The position numbers were made by a program, and so were the translations under genes. A stretch of DNA of 64,000 nt from a virus (lineage: Duplodnaviria; Caudoviricetes), in IMG/VR virus record IMGVR_UViG_3300021960_000065, positions 2,565-66,564 of that record, one strand, 5' to 3'. Below are positions 29,732 to 40,135 of the stretch, one piece after another. Numbering within the stretch: position 1 is the stretch's first letter; the number at the start of each line of letters is the position of its first letter. The notes below the pieces were generated by a model, which was not told the DNA's origin, searched no databases, and saw nothing but the letters and a program-made list of their open reading frames with translations.

Positions 29732-30965
29732 TCACCTCAAACGCTCGCTTCAATTTGTCCTCCGACATTCCCCACGCCTTGAGCAATTCAACCTGCTCTT
29801 TCTTTGAAGCGTAGGTGTAGGTCAAAAGACGCATAGCCGTTTCATCGCCTTCATAGGATTTGAGCAAAACCGCAGCATTCCTTTTGTTTTCATTCAAATG
29901 TGGATAGGCTTTACGGATTGCCTTTTGCACTGAAAGGTCGCCTTCAATGACGAATTGGCGATCTTCCCACATAATGTTGCCCACGCCAAGACTCTCCTTT
30001 AACACAACGGTAAATTCATCACCTCTTTTGCTCGTGAACGGCAAAAACAAACGAGGCGAACCTGATGGCGTAATTTCCAAGTGTCCACCAACATCCCAAA
30101 GGTTAGCGATGAAATTGTCAGCATTTTTGAGCATAATTTTGGGGGACTGTTTGCCGTAAAGCAGTGCCTTTGAGTCATTATTCCTCGCTTTGCCAACCAC
30201 TTCAATATCAAATAAAAAGCCGTGTGATTTGATGAGCATGGCAATTTCAGCCGAAGTCGCTGTGCTATGTGATGCGAGCATTTGTGAAGTCATCCCACCA
30301 TAATCGTCTATGTTTTGTGATGCTTTGCTCAATATGTCATATTCTCGTCGGCTCAAACGACTTTCAGCGTTGAGTCGGTTAGACCATTTTTTCCATATTG
30401 CTTCTCGTGTTTCTTCGTCAGCGTTTCGTGACGAAACAACCGCTTTACGAAACAGGAATTCCAAGCGTTCACCATGCGTAGCGAGCATATTGAAATCGTT
30501 ATCACGGACATCAATGTGTCCCCAATCGCTGTCACGCCACCATGAAAATTCTTTGAGCAAAGCATCCTGTTCCTGCTTTAACAAATTGATTAGGCGAGGG
30601 ATAATGGCTTCTTCACCATTTTCCTGCATGATTTTAATTATTTGATCGCCACTCGCGCCAAAATTGTCCATGAAATAACTGCGTGTTATTCCCACCATTG
30701 GCGTTGCCGTTGTTCCCGGTTGGTCGGTTGGCATCCCTTCATTTTCGTTGCCCGAAAATCCTTGAATCTGTGAACCCGCTGTTGCTTGAGGTGGCATTTC
30801 CTGCTGTTGCTCTTGTTGAGTGCTTTTGGCTTCCTCTTGTTTTGCTTCTTCCAATTCTTTGGTTTTTTCAGCAACCTTCTCCGAAGCCATTTGCTGATTG
30901 TTTGGCAACAATTTGAGGATGGCACTATCCATCGTATTCAGCATGGGATTCCATTCAATTTTCAT
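29718..30965 (-). CDS. Protein with degenerate LAGLIDADG-like C-terminal domain
   Basis: FIANLWDVGGHLEIT..GSPRL, LKESLGVGNI, AIRKAYPHL..KRNAAVLL. Confidence 0.5.
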   Translation of the reverse strand: MKIEWNPMLNTMDSAILKLLPNNQQMASEKVAEKTKELEEAKQEEAKSTQQEQQQEMPPQATAGSQIQGFSGNENEGMPTDQPGTTATPMVGITRSYFMDNFGASGDQIIKIMQENGEEAIIPRLINLLKQEQDALLKEFSWWRDSDWGHIDVRDNDFNMLATHGERLEFLFRKAVVSSRNADEETREAIWKKWSNRLNAESRLSRREYDILSKASQNIDDYGGMTSQMLASHSTATSAEIAMLIKSHGFLFDIEVVGKARNNDSKALLYGKQSPKIMLKNADNFIANLWDVGGHLEITPSGSPRLFLPFTSKRGDEFTVVLKESLGVGNIMWEDRQFVIEGDLSVQKAIRKAYPHLNENKRNAAVLLKSYEGDETAMRLLTYTYASKKEQVELLKAWGMSEDKLKRAFEVIAHE

Positions 30966-32398
30966 GCGTCAGCCCACCCTATTCTCTTTGTCCAAGCCTC
31001 GCTGTCAAGAATCACGATGCTGTCTTTATACTCTTTCGTAGCCTGAACCGCAAGGGCGAGGGCAATAACTGTATCGTCGTGTTTTCCAAGCGACTCCATT
31101 TTACCATTCGGCAACATGGTGAACATGGACAATTCGTTTATCAAAATGTCCATCAATCTTCGTGTAGCCCCATCCTCTTTGTAGGGCAAAATCAAATGCC
31201 GTTGTTCAAAGTGCAATTGAAGAGTGTGAATGACCGCTTCTTTTTTCATACGGCTCATGGTGAATGGTTTGATGGGCAAATCGCTGATTTCTTTCAACAC
31301 TTGATGAAATGCCTGTGCGAAATTGTTGGTTTCCAATTCCACAATGACGGGATTGTAGCGAGTGTTCAATTCTATGATTTTGTCAATTTGGTCGTTGAAT
31401 GACATTCCTTTTTCACGGTGCATCCAAACCACACGCTTGTGTCGGTTTTCATCCACCGCAATCACGACCATGCAGGTGTAGTCGGCTGAACGATCAGGGC
31501 TGATTGCAGGATCCCAACCAATGTAATAATTCACATCCTCTCGGTTGGGGTCGGCATACGGGTCAAATTCAAACGCATATTCCAAGTCCTTACATGGCTC
31601 AACCATATCTTCGGGAAATAGACTCGCATCGCTCGCAATTGGGCGACACAGGTATTCACGGGTAAATGCAATTGAAGTCATTTCGCTTCTTCGCCCTTGT
31701 AGTGCCTCAAGACTCCAACGCTCAGGCCACAGCGGTTCACCCGTCTGCTCACTAATGGCGGGGTATTCACGGACTTGATACCCACTCAAACCCTTCAATT
31801 CTTGGTAAAGGTCGGTGTAGGAGAACGGAGTGCCGACAATGCACAATTGTGCTGAGTGGTGAAGCACAGGCAACAAAGCGGTGTAAAACCACGAAGCGAT
31901 GTGTGCTAATTGTGTTGATGCTTCACTTGACAGAATATCGTCAAGCACCACGATGTCAGGGTGCGCGCCACGCACAGCCTTACCGACTGACATAGCCGAT
32001 ATGGATGATTTGTTTGTCATTTTGAATTTCTGTTTCGCCCATCCTCGTGCGGGTTTCAAGTGCGAAAGCACAGGATTTGACTCAATCAATTCATTCATTT
32101 TCCCCATGTGTTCAATTGACTGATGCTGACTGTGTGAAAAGAATAGCACTTCTGTGCCGGGATTGTAGGCCATTTTCCATAGCAAATAGACTCGGTAAAA
32201 CACCGATTTGCCGTGATCACGAGAAGCGATTACACAGGTTTTGTTGTGTTCCTCCGACATGGCAAACCATTCTTCGTGAAAGTCGGCTAATTGATAGCCT
32301 TCTTCTTTGCCACAAATGTCCTCAAAAAAGAATTTGAAATCCCTTCGGCCCATTTCCCAATCCACTTTATTGGCGAGGTCAAGGACACCTGCTGACAC
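30962..32398 (-). CDS. terL: Terminase large subunit
   Basis: Walker A ASRDHGKS, Walker B VVLDD, VGTP, nuclease IGWDPA...ADYT, HDDTVIALALA. Confidence 0.95.
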   Translation of the reverse strand: MSAGVLDLANKVDWEMGRRDFKFFFEDICGKEEGYQLADFHEEWFAMSEEHNKTCVIASRDHGKSVFYRVYLLWKMAYNPGTEVLFFSHSQHQSIEHMGKMNELIESNPVLSHLKPARGWAKQKFKMTNKSSISAMSVGKAVRGAHPDIVVLDDILSSEASTQLAHIASWFYTALLPVLHHSAQLCIVGTPFSYTDLYQELKGLSGYQVREYPAISEQTGEPLWPERWSLEALQGRRSEMTSIAFTREYLCRPIASDASLFPEDMVEPCKDLEYAFEFDPYADPNREDVNYYIGWDPAISPDRSADYTCMVVIAVDENRHKRVVWMHREKGMSFNDQIDKIIELNTRYNPVIVELETNNFAQAFHQVLKEISDLPIKPFTMSRMKKEAVIHTLQLHFEQRHLILPYKEDGATRRLMDILINELSMFTMLPNGKMESLGKHDDTVIALALAVQATKEYKDSIVILDSEAWTKRIGWADA

Positions 32399-32408
32399 GA
32401 GGCATCAC

Positions 32409-34400
32409 CTAAACCCAACCATTCGGCAAAAGTGAATAATTGACATCCGCATTGTTGTCTTTCAACAGACTGTTCCGCATACCGCTTGGCAAAAGGGATA
32501 GGTTGGTATCATGGGTCATTTTTTCGGTTGGGCCAAAAAATTCTTCCATGTCATCCAAGAATTGAGGATGCACTCTTTCAATTTCATCACCGTAATTTTT
32601 GAGGTGGCTAAGGGCTTTTTTGTTGCCCTCTCGCGCTGATGTCATCAATTCCCCAACCTCTTCGGATGACATATTGCGGATTGCTTTCATCGGCGTGGAT
32701 TCTTCCTTCGCACCACCCTTTTCGCCACCCACTTTTGTGGTCGCTTCTGTGTTTCCACGAGTCCTTTTCCTTCGCTCGCTGCGTGCTGTGGCTTCGGTTT
32801 CAGTGGCTTTGTTGTCCTCAACAGGTGCGGATTCTTCGCTGCCTCCAAACAGTGTCGTTTGTTTTGCCGTTGGCAATTTAGTGGCTTCTTCCTCAACCTG
32901 TGGTTCAAGTTGCTTTACACGCTCAGTCTGTTCCTCAACCTGTGGTGGTTCAGGCTCTTTTTTCTTTGGCGTTCTCTTTCGCTTAGGGCGTTTGAAATTA
33001 TCAATTATGTTTGTATTTGGGCGTTCCAATTTTCGCCCCGCTTTTGCTTGAGAAGTCCTTTGTGTTCCATCGCCTTCGGTCAATTGCGGCGGTGGAGAAC
33101 GACCTTCCCCTAATTGCGGGGGATTCCGAATCGGCCCTGATCCTAACTGTCTTACCGAACCATCCTGCATTGGTATTTCATCCAAAGGTTCAATTTTTTC
33201 TTCTCCCCTCGTTGAAAGTGCGGTGTTGCTTGGTTTTGGTATAGGCACAGGCAAATGATTTTGGTTAATTGGGCGTTTGTATTCCCGCGTGGTTGTTTTT
33301 TCTCGTGTCGGTTCAACCGCTTCACGCTTTTGATTTGGTTTCAATTCACCACCGACCAATTTTTGAGTGGCATCATCAAGACTCATTGGTTCTTCTTTAG
33401 GAAATTCCAAAGAAGCAAGGTCAGGCACACGGACTTCGGGAGTGCGCTCTTGAATGTCCATCCACACTTCCATCGCTTCATCTTCGGTCATTTGGCCCGA
33501 TTCAACCTGAGCCGCAATTGCATCAACATATTGCTGTCTGCGATTTACGGCTGTGTTGTATTCGTCGTATGCACCCCAACCTTCATCGCTTCCTTTCCGA
33601 TCACCAATGTTGCCTTTTGTTCTTTCACTCAATTCTTCTTGGGGCTTTGTCTTGGGGACATCAGCCGATGAAAGTGGTCGCACCTGTTCGTTTGGCTTGT
33701 TCCGACTTTTTTCCCGTTGGTTGCCCATTCGTGCCATGATTTCAGCGGGCGATTGGCGTTCAGGGTTGAGGGTGTTAAGGGCATTATACATTCGTTGGTC
33801 GGAAGGTGCGCCCGTAATTTTTGCTCTTTGACTTGGGCTTATGCCTTCGGGTCGCATGGTTGGTGGGAGGCTTCGTGTGCGTTCTGTTTGAACAGGCGCA
33901 GGAGGTTGCTCAGTGTTGAAGTCCTCTCGCATCGGCACTTGGTTTGGTTCAAGCGGCCTTTCAGCACCGCCCTCTTGACCGAATCCACCCGGCCCTAAGT
34001 CAGCCATCATCGTTGGTGGCGAGCCACTTGCTCTTTGTGTTGCAGTGGCATTAACATTACCTGTTGCTTGTCCGAATGGGTCTTGAAATTCTCCTTGATT
34101 TCTTGGGGGCAAAGGAATGCTTTGCGCTTCTTGCTGCCCACCCATTTGTTGTGGGTTATTTGACACGCTTTGCTGAGGTGGGTTTCTGTTTGTTGTGAAT
34201 GAATTTTTCATTCGTTGCATAAAGCCGGGTCGTTGTTGGCGTGCTTGCATGGCTCGCATTTGATCTTCAAAGCCCTTCGTCAAATCCCAAGCCATTGAAA
34301 ATGCTGTGTCCTTTGTGATGACTTGACGGGGCTGACTCTTCCCCAACATTTCGGCACGAGCCTTAATGAGCAAATCGTCAAACCTATCCATGTCAATCAC
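32409..34400 (-). CDS. Low-complexity Q/P/E-rich protein carrying the AFxxAW tag
   Basis: LLIK|A and TAFSMAWDLTK|G near the N-terminus; mostly disordered composition. Confidence 0.7.
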   Translation of the reverse strand: MIDMDRFDDLLIKARAEMLGKSQPRQVITKDTAFSMAWDLTKGFEDQMRAMQARQQRPGFMQRMKNSFTTNRNPPQQSVSNNPQQMGGQQEAQSIPLPPRNQGEFQDPFGQATGNVNATATQRASGSPPTMMADLGPGGFGQEGGAERPLEPNQVPMREDFNTEQPPAPVQTERTRSLPPTMRPEGISPSQRAKITGAPSDQRMYNALNTLNPERQSPAEIMARMGNQREKSRNKPNEQVRPLSSADVPKTKPQEELSERTKGNIGDRKGSDEGWGAYDEYNTAVNRRQQYVDAIAAQVESGQMTEDEAMEVWMDIQERTPEVRVPDLASLEFPKEEPMSLDDATQKLVGGELKPNQKREAVEPTREKTTTREYKRPINQNHLPVPIPKPSNTALSTRGEEKIEPLDEIPMQDGSVRQLGSGPIRNPPQLGEGRSPPPQLTEGDGTQRTSQAKAGRKLERPNTNIIDNFKRPKRKRTPKKKEPEPPQVEEQTERVKQLEPQVEEEATKLPTAKQTTLFGGSEESAPVEDNKATETEATARSERRKRTRGNTEATTKVGGEKGGAKEESTPMKAIRNMSSEEVGELMTSAREGNKKALSHLKNYGDEIERVHPQFLDDMEEFFGPTEKMTHDTNLSLLPSGMRNSLLKDNNADVNYSLLPNGWV

Positions 34401-35230
34401 TTCCTGTATCGCAGGTAATCCATTCCTTTGTAAATGCGGTCAGCGGAGTCAAGCATACCGATGTTCCAAAATGGTCGGCTTGCTGTCACAATTGTTGGGT
34501 CGGGATTTTGAGGCACAGGGGGTTTTTCGTTTGCGGCTTCACCTGCTGCGGGCAAAGGCACACTTGGATTTGGTGCTTGACCGGGCAAAGGCACACTTGA
34601 GTTTTCAGGTGGTGCAGGTGGTGCAGGTGGTGCGCCCGCAGGTGCAGGGGCTTGTGGCTGTTGCCCTCCGCCTTGTTGTCCCATTTGTGCTAACTGACCC
34701 ATAGCCTGTTGCTGTTGCTGTTGATTTTTGCGATTTGTCCATAAATTCTTTCCCGCTTGAGCGAGTGCCGATAAACCACCTGTGGCAACCATAGTCATTG
34801 GGTTATAGCCCATGCCACCCTGTGCTTTGGGCTGACCTTGAGCCTGTTGAGCGAGCAATTGAGCGTGCTGTTGAGCGTAGGCGTTATCGCCTCCACCCTG
34901 TTGCCCTGCCGCCTGTTGCGACTGTTGTTGCCCCTGCATCAAACCACCAACCATTTGATTGGCTTGGTTTTGACTACGCAAACCCTTTCGTTGAGCCATT
35001 ACTGCGTTTTGATAGCCTTGTTTTCCTCCCGCAGCACCGGGCGACATTTGTTGGACTTGAGCATTCACCTGTCCTTGTTCAGTCGGATCCAATTTTCCAT
35101 ATTGACGACCCGCTTTGAATTTAGCATATTGGTCGCCAATCATTTGTCCAAGACCCTTTTCCAAATCCTCACGCTCACGAATCATTCTCGCTCGTGCAAT
35201 TCTGTCAATACCGATGCTTCTGTTATTCAT
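34397..35230 (-). CDS. Gln/Gly/Pro-rich protein
   Basis: DLEK|G motif; polyQ and PAP repeats. Confidence 0.7.
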   Translation of the reverse strand: MNNRSIGIDRIARARMIREREDLEKGLGQMIGDQYAKFKAGRQYGKLDPTEQGQVNAQVQQMSPGAAGGKQGYQNAVMAQRKGLRSQNQANQMVGGLMQGQQQSQQAAGQQGGGDNAYAQQHAQLLAQQAQGQPKAQGGMGYNPMTMVATGGLSALAQAGKNLWTNRKNQQQQQQAMGQLAQMGQQGGGQQPQAPAPAGAPPAPPAPPENSSVPLPGQAPNPSVPLPAAGEAANEKPPVPQNPDPTIVTASRPFWNIGMLDSADRIYKGMDYLRYRK

Positions 35231-37071
35231 TCAAATGCCACCTTTACCAATTGAAACAATTCATAGTCCACGCCCATTGATTTGGATATTTCCTCCCAAT
35301 GACCCCGACTGTTGAGAATCGTGATAACATCGGTTGGAGGGATGTTATAGCGTGATGCCATCTCTCCTATATCATTTGTGCTATGCGATGAAAATGTGTG
35401 AGTGGGCATGGATTTGACAATCACATCGTTATTGAGTGCGATTTCCCGTTGGACTTGTTCAAGAGCGTGAGCAATTTCCTCTTTGCCGATGAGGTTCATA
35501 AAGCCCGCAGCACCTCTTCCGAGTGCATCAGCAAGTCTTTCGCTCATTCCTCTCCAACCCGGCAGATACTTTGGGTTCATCTCCGCTTGTTGTTCGGGAG
35601 TCTGTGTTAGCGTATCAACATTGAGGTCAGCGGGTGGCATTTGCGGAGGAACAGCGGGCTGACGCTGTGGTGGCGGATGCTGTGGCTGTGGCGGTGGTTG
35701 GTGAATAGGGGGTGCGGGCGGTTGTTGCACAGGCACAGGTGGTGCGGGTGCTTCAACACGAACAGGAGGTGCTTGTGGTTGCACCTGCCTTTCCACCGCA
35801 GGTTGTTCGGGTGGTGCTTGTGGCACTTGTGCGCCACGCATATCAGGGCGAATCAATTGCGAAGGGTCATTGATGTGTTCAGGCACAATACCGGGATTCT
35901 GTTGGTTAATGTAGCGGATAATCCCATCAATCAACCTATCCTCACGCCTTTTCCCTTGACCCATTTGCATGGCATCGTCAAGAGTGAAGTCATCGGGCAA
36001 TTGATAATGCTCTTTGAATTTGCCGAAAATTTGCTGACCGTAATAGCCGAAATTGTTCTTCGCTTGATCAAGGAGGCTGACACCTCGTTTGCTTTGCCAA
36101 TGGTCGTCAGGGAGGTAATTGACATATTGTCCTGCATTCGCCATTTGGTTCTGTTGTTCAACCGCCGCCTGTGCTGCATCCGCTTCTTGAGGTTGATGAG
36201 GCGAGGTGTTGCGAATGTTGTAAGAGCGTGATAGTGGACTCATTTGGTGGGGCATATATTGAGCCAAAACAGGATGAGAAGCCCAAAATTGCTTCACCAT
36301 TTGAGGCGTGAGGTTATCACGATTATAGCCCTGCTTTGCCAAATTGTCCATCATGTCGTAAATGTGTTTGCTCGCCTCGTGGGTGATGAACACGCTGTTC
36401 GGCTTAACACGGTGGGATTCAATGTATTCTCGTGTTTTGCGACCACCACGCATTTGTTGAAGCCCCTCGTGATACGGGCGATTCCACGATTCAGCGAATT
36501 TGTTTTCTTGATCGCGATTGCCAATCCGCAATTTGCGTTGTCCAAATTGGTCGTATTCCCAAGGCGAGTCTTTGTTTTGTGCGCCCCAAACACCACCACT
36601 CCATTCAGCGTTTAGCACAGTCCTCCCCATATCACTCTCAAACGGTGCGGGTAATGGTTCGGGAATTTTGCTTGGGTCTTTTCCTGTTGCGAGCAATTCA
36701 GCACGCTTTGCCTCCCAAATACGATTTTGAGAATTGACGGCAGCGTTGATTGTTCCCGACCCTGCACTGATGGCTTTTTGCACAGCCTGTTGGTAAAGTC
36801 CCTCTTGGCCCGCCTGTGGCCCGGCATGAATGATTGCTGCGGTTGTTGCATCCACAGCACCTTGATAAATCGCCTCCCAAACAGCATCCGCTTCAACGCC
36901 TGATAGTGAGCCACCGCCAATGTCATCCATTGGTCGTGGGAATGCTTCAAGCCCGTTTTGTCCTGTCATCCCAACCAATTGGTCTATGAGGGCATTGAAA
37001 TCGTAATGGCCCTCGCCCTTGATAATCAAACAGGTATCAAGAATAGCCCAAGGGTTGCTTGACAGAATCAT
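35227..37071 (-). CDS. Hypothetical protein with Pro/Gln-rich linker
   Basis: LIIK|G near the N-terminus; ATGA-coupled. Confidence 0.7.
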   Translation of the reverse strand: MILSSNPWAILDTCLIIKGEGHYDFNALIDQLVGMTGQNGLEAFPRPMDDIGGGSLSGVEADAVWEAIYQGAVDATTAAIIHAGPQAGQEGLYQQAVQKAISAGSGTINAAVNSQNRIWEAKRAELLATGKDPSKIPEPLPAPFESDMGRTVLNAEWSGGVWGAQNKDSPWEYDQFGQRKLRIGNRDQENKFAESWNRPYHEGLQQMRGGRKTREYIESHRVKPNSVFITHEASKHIYDMMDNLAKQGYNRDNLTPQMVKQFWASHPVLAQYMPHQMSPLSRSYNIRNTSPHQPQEADAAQAAVEQQNQMANAGQYVNYLPDDHWQSKRGVSLLDQAKNNFGYYGQQIFGKFKEHYQLPDDFTLDDAMQMGQGKRREDRLIDGIIRYINQQNPGIVPEHINDPSQLIRPDMRGAQVPQAPPEQPAVERQVQPQAPPVRVEAPAPPVPVQQPPAPPIHQPPPQPQHPPPQRQPAVPPQMPPADLNVDTLTQTPEQQAEMNPKYLPGWRGMSERLADALGRGAAGFMNLIGKEEIAHALEQVQREIALNNDVIVKSMPTHTFSSHSTNDIGEMASRYNIPPTDVITILNSRGHWEEISKSMGVDYELFQLVKVAFE

Positions 37072-38738
37072 CGCTTCCCCACCACACCCGTCACCAAAGG
37101 AATAGAAGTGTCCTCAAAGCGATATGCCGATTTGTCCTCTTCACGCTCAAGACTCTCATCACCCGGTGCGGAGGCTCGCTCAGGACTCGCTTGACCGCCA
37201 CGCTTTGCGTTTTCATCAAATACGGGAGGGGATTTCTTCAAGCCCTCAATGATTTTCACCAATTTGTCCAATTGTCGCTTCAAGTCGCTGATTTCCAAAC
37301 GAGTCAATGATTTGGACTTCATCAATGGTTCAGCGGATAGTGGGTCGTGCATCAATGACCCTGTTGCCATAGCACCTTTAGACGGCTTGAATTGACTCAT
37401 GCTCGTTCCCTTTGGGGCTGAAACACCCATTTTCGTGCCACTTGGATTCATACCGATGGTTTGGATTTTGCCCTGCAAACCCGAAGTGTCACGGTGAACG
37501 GTAATGTCACGGGGCAACGCACCCTGTTGCCTTCGCATTTTTTCGTTAGCCAATTTTCGTTGATAGGCAATTGGATCGCGAAGGCGTAGCGGAATACCTG
37601 CTGCGCGAGGATTACCCGAAAACATCCTTCGCTCACCAAACGCCTGACGCTTGGTTTGACGGTCAATGTTCTGTTCAGCGGATGCTGCCCTTCGTGCCGT
37701 TTTACCTTTGATGTCACGGCTCGCTTCTTTTTTGCCCCGCTTCATTTGACGCTTTCGTTCACGCTTCTTTTTGCTTTTGGATTTGCGCTCATCCTCATCG
37801 GATTCTTCATCCTCATCGTATTTGCGACCCTTTTTTTTTCTTCGGGCCTTGATGATGTCGGAAGTCAATGATGGTGTGTCAGCGGATGCGTTTTTCATTT
37901 GCCACGCTGTTTGAAGCGTAGGATTGAGTGAAAATGATTCTTCTTCACTCGGTTGCTCGGTTGGCGTTGGGAAAAAATGACGAACATCGGCATCATCAAA
38001 TCCATATTCGTTTTTGAAATCTTCAATGATTTGATTGCCGACCATCGGCCCTTGTTCCAAAAAGTCCTCCGCTTGTTGAAGTGTTTGCACTTCATCGGGG
38101 GATTCAAGTCCCGCTACAAACCGCCCTGATTTGAAATGTCCCGTTGGGAATTTCTTGACACCAATTAGGCTAACGAAGGGCTTTTGGTTATGTTCAGCCA
38201 ATTGTTCAGCATCCATTTGAGTGTCAAGGGCTTCCGAATCAAAAATTTCTTCGGCTACTTCATTGGGGTTTCGTTTGATAATACTCCCCCAAACGCTTTC
38301 AAAAATATCGTTGCTACGACCAAAAAGCAAACCCGGCCCTTCACGCATGACAGGACTGATTTGCGCCCCTGTGCTTGCTGACAAACCACCGGGCAAACCC
38401 ATGTCCACGCCTGTGCGTGCCTCAGCGAGCATATCCTCGTCTTTGCTTTGAGGTGTTGATGCGAGCGTATCAGCAATTTCTTCAGGCTTGATTGAAACAT
38501 GGGGCAATTCACCCTCCATTTCCTTGAGTGCCTTTTCCCTTCGCTTCATCGGACTTAACTGATCACGAAACGACTGTGATTCTCCACCTTCACGGCTATG
38601 ATGGGACAACCCATCAGCATCGTTATTTGGGTTCACATCATAGTCACCCATCATTTCGCGCCCATTGAACCCGCCTGTGAATTCTTGAACCCGTATGGAT
38701 TCTTCATTCACATTTCTTCGGGGGTTGGCTACGGGCAT
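37068..38738 (-). CDS. Multi-segment protein with highly basic central block
   Basis: IFESVWGSIIK|R, DIIK|A, PLMK|S separate acidic and basic segments. Confidence 0.7.
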   Translation of the reverse strand: MPVANPRRNVNEESIRVQEFTGGFNGREMMGDYDVNPNNDADGLSHHSREGGESQSFRDQLSPMKRREKALKEMEGELPHVSIKPEEIADTLASTPQSKDEDMLAEARTGVDMGLPGGLSASTGAQISPVMREGPGLLFGRSNDIFESVWGSIIKRNPNEVAEEIFDSEALDTQMDAEQLAEHNQKPFVSLIGVKKFPTGHFKSGRFVAGLESPDEVQTLQQAEDFLEQGPMVGNQIIEDFKNEYGFDDADVRHFFPTPTEQPSEEESFSLNPTLQTAWQMKNASADTPSLTSDIIKARRKKKGRKYDEDEESDEDERKSKSKKKRERKRQMKRGKKEASRDIKGKTARRAASAEQNIDRQTKRQAFGERRMFSGNPRAAGIPLRLRDPIAYQRKLANEKMRRQQGALPRDITVHRDTSGLQGKIQTIGMNPSGTKMGVSAPKGTSMSQFKPSKGAMATGSLMHDPLSAEPLMKSKSLTRLEISDLKRQLDKLVKIIEGLKKSPPVFDENAKRGGQASPERASAPGDESLEREEDKSAYRFEDTSIPLVTGVVGKR

Positions 38739-38744
38739 GAAAAA

Positions 38745-39539
38745 TCACCTCCAATGTGGGTGGACTGTGTTGCGTGTTCCGCACTTAGGACAGCGTTTTT
38801 GTTCCCACTCTTGAGGGGTTTGAATGTAGCCACAACCTCGGCATTGGAGGTCGTTATCAGTCCAACCTTCATCCTCGCCTTCTTCAAGGTCATCCCAAGA
38901 CTTTTTGTTAATGGTTTTACTACAAAACGGGCAATCTCCCCTGCCTTCTGTCAATTTGTCATAATCAAGAGGCTCAATTTCAAAGTCACGCTCTTGGTAG
39001 GATTCGTCTGTGTTTGGCCCATAGCGATCAAAATCCGTATAGGTTTCCATCATTACATCGCCAATGTCTTGACCGCAAACGGGACAATCGCCACCCGAAG
39101 TGTGCAAATTTTCCATCCCTTCAATGTCCAAGTCTTTGATGCGTTCCATGTAGCCACATTCACCGCAAGCAAAATTGAGTCGCCCATTTTCTTCTTGCAT
39201 AATCAAACCTTCTCCACGACACTCAGGGCATTGGTGCGAGGATATTGCTCTTGGTTCATTCTTGACAATTCCCCAACCCACAACAAACGCCTTTGCCATC
39301 CCTTGATGGCTCGCGCAATACTGCCCCTCGCTATCAACACGAGCCATGCACATTGAATTAGCACAGGTTGGATAGGTCAAGAAGCGTTTCTTTTCAAAGG
39401 ATTTCTTCAAATCCTTGTCTTTGTAGCATGGGCATTTTGGGTCACTCTTTGAGCAATTCATTACGCCTTTTTTCATGCACGCACATGGGCTTGATTTTGT
39501 AGCCCCACAACAACATGAATCACGCTTCAACAATTCCAC
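38745..39539 (-). CDS. Cys-rich multi-zinc-ribbon protein with internal tag (probable GTG start)
   Basis: Many CxxC pairs; AFVVGWGIVK|N. Confidence 0.65.
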   Translation of the reverse strand: MELLKRDSCCCGATKSSPCACMKKGVMNCSKSDPKCPCYKDKDLKKSFEKKRFLTYPTCANSMCMARVDSEGQYCASHQGMAKAFVVGWGIVKNEPRAISSHQCPECRGEGLIMQEENGRLNFACGECGYMERIKDLDIEGMENLHTSGGDCPVCGQDIGDVMMETYTDFDRYGPNTDESYQERDFEIEPLDYDKLTEGRGDCPFCSKTINKKSWDDLEEGEDEGWTDNDLQCRGCGYIQTPQEWEQKRCPKCGTRNTVHPHWR

Positions 39540-40135
39540 CTCTTCAATGCAGCACCCTTTGGTGTCAATTTGCCACCTTTGCTCGTTGGCCCTTTTACCC
39601 CGCCCATCCGAGCGCAAAACGACTTTCGCCTCTTGGCTTTCTTTGAACCGGGTTTGAGTGTTGATGGTTTTTCAGTGACGGGGGGTTTGAGGTTTGCACC
39701 CTCTTCACGCTTGAATTTTGCACGCCCTTTTGCATTCAACCCACCTTCACGACTGTGGCGATTTGGGTTGTAGCCATGAAACGGTTTGTCGGACTTTTTG
39801 CTCAACAACGCTTTCGCCAATGTGTCACAGGTTTCGCAATTACACGCTGACTTTTTTGTGTCACTTGGCACACAATTTGGGACTTTTTTGCCCCGCTTGG
39901 TTTTCATGCCCACTTGTTCGTAGCCATCCCAACACGGATCTTCTTTGACAACCCCTCTTGGGCCTGTCCAATATCCACTTGCGATTCTTGCGAATTCGCA
40001 TTGATTACAATAGCCGGGTATTACCACCTTTCCCCGATAGCGAGGCCGTGTAGGATCTATGGGGTTTCCACAATTGTCGCATGGTTCATCCATTTTGACA
40101 ATTTGCCACACCTTATTGAAAGTGGATGACATCAT
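39527..40135 (-). CDS. Tagged protein with CWxGY module and basic RRKSFCARM domain
   Basis: TFNKVWQIVK|M; PCWDGYEQVGMK..GKKVPNCVP; GGLNAKGR...RRKSFCARM...ALKRWNC, which I recall from T4-like marine phage proteins. Confidence 0.7.
   Translation of the reverse strand: MMSSTFNKVWQIVKMDEPCDNCGNPIDPTRPRYRGKVVIPGYCNQCEFARIASGYWTGPRGVVKEDPCWDGYEQVGMKTKRGKKVPNCVPSDTKKSACNCETCDTLAKALLSKKSDKPFHGYNPNRHSREGGLNAKGRAKFKREEGANLKPPVTEKPSTLKPGSKKAKRRKSFCARMGGVKGPTSKGGKLTPKGAALKRWNC

Noticed and set aside
30962-32398. Intein or intron in terL
   Set aside because: Normal length, contiguous motifs and no intein termini.
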